From a virus (taxonomy: Duplodnaviria; Caudoviricetes), in the IMG/VR virus record IMGVR_UViG_3300025066_000037, positions 1 through 53,104 of that record: a stretch of 53,104 bases of DNA; one strand, given 5' to 3'. The position numbers and the translations under genes are program-made. Below the pieces are notes generated by a model, which saw nothing but the letters and a program-made list of their open reading frames with translations, searched no databases and was not told the DNA's origin. This document shows, in pieces, positions 1 through 8,581 of the stretch (positions are counted from its first letter, which is position 1; every line of letters starts with the position of its first letter).

Positions 1-134
1 TCGAAGGTGATGATACTGATCTGACGGTAACTTCCGGTGCAGATATCAACCTGACTGCTACTTCTGATATCAATGTTCCAACAGATGTAGGAATTACCTT
101 TGGTGATGACGGTGAGAAGATTGAGGGTGATGGA
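1..134. repeat. Terminal overlap, copy 1 (matches 52971-53104)
   Basis: 1-134 is identical to 52971-53104 except position 20 (T vs C). It lies inside the tandem-repeat tail fibre gene. Confidence 0.95.
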
Positions 135-1277
135 ACAAATCTAACCATCTCTTCCTCCGCTATTGCTACTGTAGATGCAGGTACAGATATCGTTCTTGAT
201 GCTGATGGTGGTGATATCTTCTTCAAGGATGATGGCACTACGTTTGGTTCGATGACCAACACAAGTGGTGATCTAATCATCAAGTCTGGTACGACTACTG
301 CAATGACGATGAGCGGTGCCGATGTAACCTTCGCAGGAACCGTGACAATCGGCAGTGCTGGTATCTCTGAGGCAGAGTTAGAAATTTTAGATGGTGCTAC
401 TGTAACTACCACTGAACTGAACATCATGGATGGCGATACCTCTGCCACTTCAACGACTGTTGTTGATGCAGATAGGGTTGTATTCAACGATGACGGCACC
501 ATGAAACAGGTAGCTGTTACTGATCTTGCTGCATACTTAGATGATGAAATCACTGCGATGCCTAATCTTGTAACTACAGGTGCATTGGATAGTGGCTCTA
601 TTTCATCTGGTTTTGGTAGTATTGATAATGGTACTTCCAACATCACCTCCGGTGGGTTGCTTTCAATTGACGTTGATGCAGATGCAGATGATCGTACAGG
701 AGATAGTGCTACTGGTCGCCTAACAATCGGTGCCAGTGAAGATTTGAACCTGTATCATGGTGGAACTAACTCTTATATCGTAAATGATACTGGTGATCTA
801 GTTGTAGATACTGCCGGTGATATTGTTCTTGATGCAGATGGAGGAGATGTTTTCTTCGGTGATGACGGTGTTACCTTCGGTTCTGCTACGAATACCAGTG
901 GTAACTTGATTATTAAATCCGGTACGACTACTGCACTGACCTTCAGCGGTGCTAACGTAACTGCTGCTGGTACGATTGGTTCTGGTGCCATCACCTCTAC
1001 TGGTACTGTAACTGCTACTGGTTTCACAATCGGATCAGCAGAAATTACTGAAACAGAATTAGAAATTCTTGACGGTGCTAATGTAACCACCAGTGAGCTA
1101 AACTTATTGGATGGTTCAGCTAAATCTACATCATCCATTACTATTGCGGATACCGATGCATTCATTGTGATTGATGGTTCAACTACAAAACAAATTCCTG
1201 CATCTGATATTAGTACGTATGCTGGTGGTGGTATTACAGAAGGTACTGCCACGGCATTGGCGATTGCTTTGGGATAA
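1..1277 (+). CDS. Tail fibre protein, 3' part (continues from 51848 across the contig junction)
   Basis: The frame starting at nt 3 is open and in frame with ORF 252..1277 and with the ORF from 51848. The joined gene is 2400 nt (~799 aa). It is G/T/S/D-rich with internal duplications (DIVLDADGGD; ELEILDGA.VTT.ELN) and ends in ALAIALG. Confidence 0.85.
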   Translation, partial: EGDDTDLTVTSGADINLTATSDINVPTDVGITFGDDGEKIEGDGTNLTISSSAIATVDAGTDIVLDADGGDIFFKDDGTTFGSMTNTSGDLIIKSGTTTAMTMSGADVTFAGTVTIGSAGISEAELEILDGATVTTTELNIMDGDTSATSTTVVDADRVVFNDDGTMKQVAVTDLAAYLDDEITAMPNLVTTGALDSGSISSGFGSIDNGTSNITSGGLLSIDVDADADDRTGDSATGRLTIGASEDLNLYHGGTNSYIVNDTGDLVVDTAGDIVLDADGGDVFFGDDGVTFGSATNTSGNLIIKSGTTTALTFSGANVTAAGTIGSGAITSTGTVTATGFTIGSAEITETELEILDGANVTTSELNLLDGSAKSTSSITIADTDAFIVIDGSTTKQIPASDISTYAGGGITEGTATALAIALG

Positions 1278-1300
1278 CATAGCTAAAAAAGGAAATAAAC

Positions 1301-1648
1301 ATGGCTAATACTTTTAAGGCGGTAACTAAGGCAAACGTGACCTCTGCTGATGTTATCTACACTGTTGCAAGTAGCACAACTACTATTGTTCTGGGGCTTA
1401 TGCTGGGGAACACAACGAGTAGTGCAACTACTGCAACTGTTTCATTGGGGTCTGATACTGCTGGTAGGGCAGGAAATAATGATGAAGCTAACCAGACGGT
1501 AGAGCTTATTACTGATGTTAGTATTCCCGGTAACAGTTCACTAGAATTGATGGGTGGTAATAAGGTTGTTATGGAAGCTACGGATACGTTGTCTGTAACG
1601 GCAGGAGCATCCACAGACGTAGTTCTGTCAATCATGGAGATTACATAA
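1301..1648 (+). CDS. Small virion/tail-associated protein (MANTFK-type)
   Basis: 115 aa beta-rich ORF with SD AAGGA. It follows the fibre gene and resembles 49760..50092. Confidence 0.7.
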   Translation: MANTFKAVTKANVTSADVIYTVASSTTTIVLGLMLGNTTSSATTATVSLGSDTAGRAGNNDEANQTVELITDVSIPGNSSLELMGGNKVVMEATDTLSVTAGASTDVVLSIMEIT

Positions 1649-1649
1649 T

Positions 1650-2390
1650 ATGCCATATCTTGGACCTGCCCCTGCTGATTCTATTGTAGATACAGCCGGT
1701 ATTACAGATGATGCTGTTACAGCGGCGAAGATTGCTGCAAATGCAGTTGACAGTTCAGAGATTGCTGCTGGTTCCGTTGATATAGCTCATCTCAGCGCAT
1801 CTGGCAGTGCCGGATCGGGGAATTTTCTACGTGGCGATAATAGTTGGCAAACTGCTGGTCTTACCGGCGTAACCACGGGCAGCGGCAATGTCACAATCAC
1901 CAGCGGAAATCTCATCGTCGCATCCGGCAACGGCATCGACTTTTCTGCCACGGCAGACAGCACCGGAACGATGACAAGCGAACTCTTAGATGACTATGAA
2001 GAAGGCACCTTCACGCCCACGGCGGCAAGTAATTTCAGCGGGTCTTTTTCAAACGTCGAGGGCCATTATGTAAAAGTTGGTTCGGTAGTGGCAATCTGGA
2101 TGGTGGCGACACTTTCAAATACCTCAGATGGCAGTACGGCCACTATCGATGGTCTTCCCTTCGTAAGCACCAGCTTTGCACAGCACCACCACGCTCTGAC
2201 ACAGGGATACACTACATCAGGATTAGACGGGCCACTTTACCCATGCGTCAGTGGCGGTACTAACGAAATGTTTTGGTATACCAAAGGTACAAGCCACGGG
2301 ACGGCAGATTTCCCCAGCTACAGTGAAATCGGCTGCGGTAGCTCTACTATCGCCATGTCTGTTGGCGGTACATATCGAACCAATAGCTAA
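1650..2390 (+). CDS. Tail fibre/spike-related protein (MPYLG start, LDDYEEGTFTP domain)
   Basis: N-terminal MPYLG anchor, VTAAKIA-type repeats and the LDDYEEGTFTP motif typical of marine phage fibre modules. Confidence 0.7.
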   Translation: MPYLGPAPADSIVDTAGITDDAVTAAKIAANAVDSSEIAAGSVDIAHLSASGSAGSGNFLRGDNSWQTAGLTGVTTGSGNVTITSGNLIVASGNGIDFSATADSTGTMTSELLDDYEEGTFTPTAASNFSGSFSNVEGHYVKVGSVVAIWMVATLSNTSDGSTATIDGLPFVSTSFAQHHHALTQGYTTSGLDGPLYPCVSGGTNEMFWYTKGTSHGTADFPSYSEIGCGSSTIAMSVGGTYRTNS

Positions 2391-2404
2391 AAGGAAAAAA
2401 AACA

Positions 2405-2668
2405 ATGGCTTTAGTTGAAAAAACAATCGTAGACAAAATCGAAGTTGTCGGAGATTTCAAACACGTTCAAGTGCGTCAAGACAGCTTAATCGTGGATGAC
2501 GACACCGATGAAATAAAATCACGGGGTAATTTCCACCGCTATGTGCTAGCCCCCGGCGCTGATCTATCAGGTCAGCCTGATGATGTAGCGGCAATCGCCA
2601 ATGCGGTCTGGACTGATGAAATCAAAGCGGCATATGCGGCGCACGTTGAAGCACAATCTTTAGTGTAA
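2405..2668 (+). CDS. Putative tail fibre chaperone/partner of the upstream gene
   Basis: 87 aa ORF (DKIEVVGDFKHVQVR...AVWT) of the kind that usually follows LDDYEEGT proteins; SD AAGGA. Confidence 0.6.
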   Translation: MALVEKTIVDKIEVVGDFKHVQVRQDSLIVDDDTDEIKSRGNFHRYVLAPGADLSGQPDDVAAIANAVWTDEIKAAYAAHVEAQSLV

Positions 2669-2687
2669 TACAAAAGAGGAATAAAAT

Positions 2688-4922
2688 ATGTCTGTAACCA
2701 AGATACCTGTTGATGGCCTTTCTGGAGGCGAAGGCATACTTTCTGCTGCCTACGCTGGCGTCCTCGAAACCAATGCAACCTTCGTTGATCAAGCCATCTT
2801 CGGTCCCTCTGTTGATGGTAAATCGTGGAATGGTAAATGGACCGGGAATGATTCTAGTGGCGATCTTTTATTCACGAGCTTGATGCTTGTTACCATTGAG
2901 GATACTGGTTCTGATACTCAAGTTAACATTTGGGACTTGACTGAACAGTCTGGTGGTGCACCATCGACCACGTCTTTAGGGACAGTCACGATAACTGGGG
3001 CTGCAACGCCAACATCAGTGGCAGCATGTATGGGTTACATCATTATAGGAAGTGAAGACGGCATCAGTATTATTGACCCACATAGCGGTAGCTGGGCAGA
3101 ACGAACGAGTGGCTGGCCTAAAAGTTTAACCTCAAGCACGACACCGGCACTGACCGATAATGATGTAGCCTATGTCGCAGCGGGTATTTCCCCTGCGTTC
3201 CCACTTGATCCCCGCACAGGTGGCCCGATGCCGTCGTTTGCAGTTGCCTACGGCACCGGAGCAGATGTCTGCGGACTAATAAAATATGACGGCAACGTGC
3301 ATAATAAAGCTGGAACCATTGAGGCCAGCGGCCAGTCGGTTGCCCTCTATCCGCAGGGATATATTGCGAATACCTTTAATACCGGGGACAGGGTGGATGT
3401 GTCCAATATTCCGATTTCAGAAATAACCGCAGACGATTGGAGCCATTCCCAATCTATGAGCACCCTTACCGGACCAAACGGTTTCGGTGCTACCAATGGG
3501 ATGAATGTATCGGGCGACCTGATGGTTGGCGCTCATGCAAACGGACTAACCTTTTCGAAGGGTGCAGTGCGTGGCGGCGGCGCAACAGGTGTGGAATATG
3601 CAACAGCGATGGTCAATCGTACATACAACACCGGCAATCTGTTTGGCGACATTCGTGGCGCATGGTTAGCCAACAGCGTAACAGCGGACCGCAGCTACAA
3701 GGCCAACACCCTCACCCATAACGGCGGTGGCCTGACCGAAGCGGCTGTGGAAACCAGTGCGGAATTGATGGGGTATAGCGGGTGGAGTGGTTCAAACTAT
3801 TTGACCGATGCCTTTGATGCTGATTTTGATTTCGGTACTGGCAGTTTTTCTTTGAGTTTCTGGGCGAAAGCAAACGGCACTGGTACTGGCGAATATTGGT
3901 TATTTGGCAGACATAGCGCAAGCCATTTTTGGTACATTCAATTTCGGGGCAATGATAGCGATAAGTTTCGCTTTGAAGTGTCTGATGGTTCTAGCAACAT
4001 TCGTGTAAGTTCGAGCGGAGGAAATGATGACAACACATGGCATCATATAGTTGCAGTATTTGATTCTTCTGGAGCTACAGATGAAGGCAGAATTTACCGA
4101 GATGGTGCTTTAGAAGGAACTCACGTTCTGGCTATGAATACCGTGACTGATCCTGATGGTACGATAGGTATTGGTGCCATGCCAAATGGTAGCGGTTCAG
4201 CCGGTGGTGTCACGTTAGCGTTGGCACGGGTTTCAGCCACCGCCCCAACCGCCACTCAAATCAGACAGATGTACGATGCAGAAAAGCCGATGTTCGTTGC
4301 CTCTGCCGAATGTCTGTTGCAATCCAGCAGCACCGATGCCGTACTGGATGTTGATGTCGATCCGTTGACAGGTAAGGTTCTGGTCACCCAGACTGATGCC
4401 ATCACGATCTTTGATGGTCTGGCGGTAGACAAGTTATTCGCTGATGCCGGTAAACCCACCGTGAATAGCGGCTCATCCGAAAAGGGTAAGCTCTGGGGCG
4501 ACCTACGGACAGAACAGAACACTGCCAATGCATACGTCACTGCCCCAGCGGTTGATCAAAGGCAGGTCAACGAGATGGTGCGGGGTCTGGCTAGTGATAT
4601 GCCAGCCGGTCCTGATCTGTCGAAGGCCGCAGCATGGATTTCTTTCAAAGGAACGACCAACGCTGTTTTAGCCACCTTCAACATTAAAAGTTATACCGAT
4701 TTGGGGACAGGCCATTATAGAATAACTCTTGCTACTCCTTTCAAAAACCCCGGCGCATCCGGTTCTCCCGGCTTTGCTGTGGTGGGCATGACTGAAAATG
4801 AAGATATTTATATGTACGACAACGGGAGCAATTACATCGACATTAAAACTGAGGATCAGAGTTCCATAGCAGACACAGGATTTGTTATGCTGGTATTTTT
4901 CGGAGAACTAGAAAATGAATGA
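2688..4922 (+). CDS. Tail fibre/receptor-binding protein with LamG (ConA-like lectin) domain
   Basis: 744 aa with DFDFGTGSFSLSFWAK...WHHIVAV...IYRDG LamG-type motifs. Confidence 0.75.
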   Translation: MSVTKIPVDGLSGGEGILSAAYAGVLETNATFVDQAIFGPSVDGKSWNGKWTGNDSSGDLLFTSLMLVTIEDTGSDTQVNIWDLTEQSGGAPSTTSLGTVTITGAATPTSVAACMGYIIIGSEDGISIIDPHSGSWAERTSGWPKSLTSSTTPALTDNDVAYVAAGISPAFPLDPRTGGPMPSFAVAYGTGADVCGLIKYDGNVHNKAGTIEASGQSVALYPQGYIANTFNTGDRVDVSNIPISEITADDWSHSQSMSTLTGPNGFGATNGMNVSGDLMVGAHANGLTFSKGAVRGGGATGVEYATAMVNRTYNTGNLFGDIRGAWLANSVTADRSYKANTLTHNGGGLTEAAVETSAELMGYSGWSGSNYLTDAFDADFDFGTGSFSLSFWAKANGTGTGEYWLFGRHSASHFWYIQFRGNDSDKFRFEVSDGSSNIRVSSSGGNDDNTWHHIVAVFDSSGATDEGRIYRDGALEGTHVLAMNTVTDPDGTIGIGAMPNGSGSAGGVTLALARVSATAPTATQIRQMYDAEKPMFVASAECLLQSSSTDAVLDVDVDPLTGKVLVTQTDAITIFDGLAVDKLFADAGKPTVNSGSSEKGKLWGDLRTEQNTANAYVTAPAVDQRQVNEMVRGLASDMPAGPDLSKAAAWISFKGTTNAVLATFNIKSYTDLGTGHYRITLATPFKNPGASGSPGFAVVGMTENEDIYMYDNGSNYIDIKTEDQSSIADTGFVMLVFFGELENE

Positions 4923-5370
4923 ATTAATCGTAAACGCTGACGGCACAGTTACCGTAGTTGGTGATGCCGGATCAGTCAGCGGTATCATCGCAGAGGCCGT
5001 AGAGGCAGCGACCATCCCCGCTGAACGTGATATTGATGGCAACGAAGTCACACCGGAAATCGTACCAGATGCGGATACGTTGATGGTCGAGATCAGCGCA
5101 GAAGACCTGAAGACGCACGAATGGCGTCTACCAAAAGCCCGTGAAGAGCGGCTGGAGGATATTCGTGGTGTTCGTAACAGTAAACTAAAAGAGCTTGATC
5201 TCGAATATCAACTGGCTGATGAAGGTGTTCACCCAACTGGGTTAGATAAAACTGACGTAGCTGCCAAGAAGGTTGCTTTGCGTGATCTTCCTCCTGCTGT
5301 TGAGACACATCTGGCTACGCTAGAGAATACAGATGACATCAGCGCATATGTTCCTGATGCACTAGAATAA
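4915..5370 (+). CDS. Putative tail fibre assembly chaperone
   Basis: IRGVRNSKLKELD...KKVALRDLP motif; overlaps the upstream gene by 8 nt. Confidence 0.6.
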   Translation: MNELIVNADGTVTVVGDAGSVSGIIAEAVEAATIPAERDIDGNEVTPEIVPDADTLMVEISAEDLKTHEWRLPKAREERLEDIRGVRNSKLKELDLEYQLADEGVHPTGLDKTDVAAKKVALRDLPPAVETHLATLENTDDISAYVPDALE

Positions 5371-5386
5371 AAAAGGAAAAAGATAT

Positions 5387-6559
5387 ATGCCATATATAGG
5401 TAAAAGTCCACTTACAGGAAACTATAATAAGCTGGACAGTATTACGGGAAGCTTCAATAGTTCTACAACTGCTTTCGATCTTACTGTAGGTAGCAATGCG
5501 CTTACCCCTGTACGTGCAGAAACTTTGCTGGTTAGCCTTAATGGTGTAATCCAACAGGCTGCTACAGACTATACCGTGAGCGGAACACAGATCACCTTTA
5601 CAACTGCGCCAGCTAGTTCTGATACATGTTTTATTATTGCCTTTGGTGAGAAGCTGGATATTGGTACGCCAAGTGATGCTACAGTTACTTCAGCTAAACT
5701 TAGTGGTAATCTTGTAACTCCCGGTACGCTAGATGTAAATGGTGCTGAACTTATTCTTGATGCTGATGCTGATACCAGCATTACAGCAGATACAGACGAT
5801 ACCATTGATATTAAGATTGCTGGTGCAGATGATTTCCAGTTTACTGCTAATACGATGAGCGTGTTGTCAGGAAGCACTTTGAACATCGACAGTGGTGCTA
5901 CTATAGCTAATTCAGGAACTGCAACTGGTTTTGCCGCCACAGGCGTAACTCCTGCTTCAGTTCAGGTCTTCACGTCAAGCGGCACATGGACCCGTCCAAC
6001 GGATATCTTGACAATAGTTGTGACGGTTGTTGGTGGTGGAGGAGGCGGCGCTGGTGGTACTGAAGGCGGTGGAGACGGCGTTTCGGGCGGCGGTGGTGGC
6101 GGCGGCGGTTATGCGATTGAAATGATTGACGTTACATCTTTATCATCAGAGACGGTGACGATTGGTGCCAGCGGCGCAGGAGGTAGTAGCAATTCCGCCG
6201 GGTCCGATGGGGGTACAAGTTCCTTTGGTTCATATTGTTCCGCAACTGGTGGCGGCGGCGGCCTAACCGGCTCCAATACGGCATATAATGGTAGAGGTGG
6301 TCAAGGTGGAGTAGGGACTGGCGGTAACGTGCAAAACGGTCACGGCGGTCCCGGATCTCCCTACCTCCGAACATGGTGGACTGCTGGCTATCCCGAAGGA
6401 TCCTGTACCGGCGGATCTACTTATTTATCACAACAGTCTGGTGCAAATACTACCCATGTCTATGGCTGCGGCGGGAATGGTCAAACCGGCAGCGGTGGCA
6501 GTGGGTCAGATGATAACGACGGCGCTGTCGGTGCTATAATCGTCTGGGAGTACAAGTGA
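5387..6559 (+). CDS. Tail fibre-related protein with glycine-rich C-terminal domain (MPYIG start)
   Basis: MPYIG anchor, LLVSLNGVIQ..DYTVSGTQITFTTAP module and VQVFTSSGTW...VVGGGGGG glycine-rich domain. Confidence 0.75.
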   Translation: MPYIGKSPLTGNYNKLDSITGSFNSSTTAFDLTVGSNALTPVRAETLLVSLNGVIQQAATDYTVSGTQITFTTAPASSDTCFIIAFGEKLDIGTPSDATVTSAKLSGNLVTPGTLDVNGAELILDADADTSITADTDDTIDIKIAGADDFQFTANTMSVLSGSTLNIDSGATIANSGTATGFAATGVTPASVQVFTSSGTWTRPTDILTIVVTVVGGGGGGAGGTEGGGDGVSGGGGGGGGYAIEMIDVTSLSSETVTIGASGAGGSSNSAGSDGGTSSFGSYCSATGGGGGLTGSNTAYNGRGGQGGVGTGGNVQNGHGGPGSPYLRTWWTAGYPEGSCTGGSTYLSQQSGANTTHVYGCGGNGQTGSGGSGSDDNDGAVGAIIVWEYK

Positions 6560-6909
6560 TGAGAGCATTAATTTTAACCGGAAGCATCCGGGTTTTCCAA
6601 ATAGAAGAAGACGGAAATATTTTTCCAGTTCATTCAAATTTGCAGTGGATCAACTGCCCCAATACGGTGACAACGGGCCACACATACGTTGACGGCCAGT
6701 TTGTCGATCCTGTTGAGTGGTCGGCAGAGTATCAGTGGAAAGAGCTACGTCTACGTCGATCTGCGCTGCTAACTAAATCTGATTGGACACAGAATGCTGA
6801 TGTTTCCGTAGACGTTGACGCATGGAAAACGTACCGCCAAGAATTACGGGACTTGCCAGCCAATACAGCTGATCCGGCGCACCCGTCATGGCCGGTAAAA
6901 CCAGAATAA
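6556..6909 (+). CDS. Phage tail assembly chaperone
   Basis: WKELRLRRSALLTKSDWTQ...WKTYRQELRDLP...WP motif; GTGA overlap with the upstream gene. Confidence 0.8.
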   Translation: MMRALILTGSIRVFQIEEDGNIFPVHSNLQWINCPNTVTTGHTYVDGQFVDPVEWSAEYQWKELRLRRSALLTKSDWTQNADVSVDVDAWKTYRQELRDLPANTADPAHPSWPVKPE

Positions 6910-6911
6910 GA

Positions 6912-7061
6912 ATGGAGCAAGTGGTTGATATATGGCCCATCATATCAGGAGTTATTGTGGTGGCAGCTATCGGTGTAGCCTTCAGGGCAGAGATCACTGT
7001 GCGTGTACGTGTATTAGAAGAAAAAGTGCAGACACTATTTGAGTTATTTAATAAGAAATGA
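6912..7061 (+). CDS. Small membrane protein (1 TM + coiled coil), holin-like; not in ORF track
   Basis: MEQVVDIWPIISGVIVVAAIGVAFRAEITVRVRVLEEKVQTLFELFNKK (49 aa) fills the gap tightly. Confidence 0.65.
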   Translation: MEQVVDIWPIISGVIVVAAIGVAFRAEITVRVRVLEEKVQTLFELFNKK

Positions 7062-7278
7062 TCTGACTACCATTAAGGTAATCTACTTTCTTCCTGATTA
7101 TGATCATATTCTTCAGGAGTTTGTATTTCAGCAGTATGATATCGTGCCGGAATACCCAAGATTGAATAAGTTTATCAGCTTTTGGAAAGATAACATAGAA
7201 GCAAGAATACACAGTGTTAAATTCGCCAGCACGATATCTGAATACAAGTTTATAGATAAGATAATAACACTTAATTAG
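7039..7278 (+). CDS. usg: Usg-family protein
   Basis: LTTIKVIYFLPDYDHILQEFVFQQYDIVPEYPRLNKFISFWKDNIEARIHSV matches the Usg pattern (LTT..I.Y..PD....LQ.F.WQ.YD..P..P.L..FL.FW...IE...HSV). The start codon (TTG) is uncertain. Confidence 0.8.
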   Translation: MSYLIRNDLTTIKVIYFLPDYDHILQEFVFQQYDIVPEYPRLNKFISFWKDNIEARIHSVKFASTISEYKFIDKIITLN

Positions 7279-7292
7279 TAAAAGGAATTGAT

Positions 7293-8135
7293 ATGAATAA
7301 GAATAGAAAGTTTCTAACAACCGTCAAAGCTTCATTGTTTGCTGCACTGGTGTTCTGTGTAGGGGCAACAAGTTCAATCGCATCTGATTGCGGACAGAAG
7401 CATGAGGAGATGTTGAATACAGCGGTTCGTATTGATACTTCCGGTTCCGGTACTGTATTGTATTCTAAGAAGCATAATGAAGAGTGGGAATCGTATATCT
7501 TAACTAATTTCCATGTAATAGCTAGTCAGATTACAATACGAGAAGTATGGAATCCGCTCAAAGGAGCGAAAGAAAAACGTGAAACTCGTGAGCCAGTTAC
7601 AGCATTCTGGTTTGATTATGTTCGCTGCGCCCGTTCAGTAGGTACTCGTGGACGTATTGCCGATATCGTAGCACATGATCAGCAACGTGATCTAGCTCTA
7701 CTTCGCCTAAGAGATACGGAGCGTGGTGTAGACGCTATCGCACATATGCTACCAGAAGGATCAGTACCTAAGTTGGGCCAGCAAGTATGGGCGATTGGTG
7801 CAGGGTTGGGGTATCCTCCTTCGATGACATCAGGTGAGATGGCATTTAGTGAGCAGATGATTAAAGGATACAGGTATCAGCTTGCCACCGCTCCAATCAT
7901 TTTCGGTAATTCAGGCGGCGCATTGTTCTCGTATTCTGAAAAGCGTAAACAATATGAGATGATTGGTGTTCCTTCTGCTGTATCCGCTTCAGGATTTCAA
8001 GCAGTGACGCATATGGGCTGGTCGATACCGACAGAAACGGTGTATACTTTCTTGCGAGAGAATTATCACGGGTTCGTTATTGGTGATGAATATCTGAAAG
8101 AAGAAGATAGGAAACCTTCTTTAAAGGAAAAATAA
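7293..8135 (+). CDS. Secreted trypsin-like (S1) serine protease
   Basis: N-terminal signal-like hydrophobic stretch; catalytic triad contexts LTNFHVI, RDLALL and IIFGNSGGALF. Confidence 0.9.
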   Translation: MNKNRKFLTTVKASLFAALVFCVGATSSIASDCGQKHEEMLNTAVRIDTSGSGTVLYSKKHNEEWESYILTNFHVIASQITIREVWNPLKGAKEKRETREPVTAFWFDYVRCARSVGTRGRIADIVAHDQQRDLALLRLRDTERGVDAIAHMLPEGSVPKLGQQVWAIGAGLGYPPSMTSGEMAFSEQMIKGYRYQLATAPIIFGNSGGALFSYSEKRKQYEMIGVPSAVSASGFQAVTHMGWSIPTETVYTFLRENYHGFVIGDEYLKEEDRKPSLKEK

Positions 8136-8138
8136 ACC

Positions 8139-8564
8139 GTGCAACTTTTAATGACATTATTGGGTGGTTCTGTCTTAGGATTTGTAACTACGCTAATCGG
8201 ACAGATAGCAAAGGCGAAGGCAGAACAGCATCGTATGATGATTGCTGCAATGGCTCAACAGCAGAAGGCTGTTTCAGCAGCACGAGAGCATGGCTTAAAG
8301 GATAAGCAATTCGCCTTTACTCGACGTATCATTGCATTCATCTGTGTAGGTTGTATTGTTATTATCCCGTTTGCTGCACCATTCTTTGATATTCCAGTTG
8401 TTGTATCGGTAACAGAAAAAGGTGAATGGTGGATTCCATTTATCTGGGAACAGGCGGATAAAGTACTTTGGAAAAGTATAGATGGAATTGCGCTGGCCCC
8501 TGCATATATACATACGTTAGCTGCTATCGTTAGCTTTTATTTTGGTTCTAGTGCAGCTAGATAA
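8139..8564 (+). CDS. Holin-like 3-TM membrane protein
   Basis: Three hydrophobic segments and a C-terminal IVSFYFGS motif as in 3-TM holins. Confidence 0.6.
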   Translation: MQLLMTLLGGSVLGFVTTLIGQIAKAKAEQHRMMIAAMAQQQKAVSAAREHGLKDKQFAFTRRIIAFICVGCIVIIPFAAPFFDIPVVVSVTEKGEWWIPFIWEQADKVLWKSIDGIALAPAYIHTLAAIVSFYFGSSAAR

Positions 8565-8581
8565 TTAAAGAAGGAAAAGTA

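Noticed and set aside
1-134. Terminal overlap as the biological direct terminal repeat of the virion DNA
   Set aside because: It lies mid-gene in a tandem repeat, as expected of an assembly break. The physical ends more plausibly lie in 33071-33970.
1-6909. Diversity-generating retroelement acting on the tail fibres
   Set aside because: No reverse transcriptase and no TR/VR pair differing at adenines. Repeat differences are mostly synonymous third positions.
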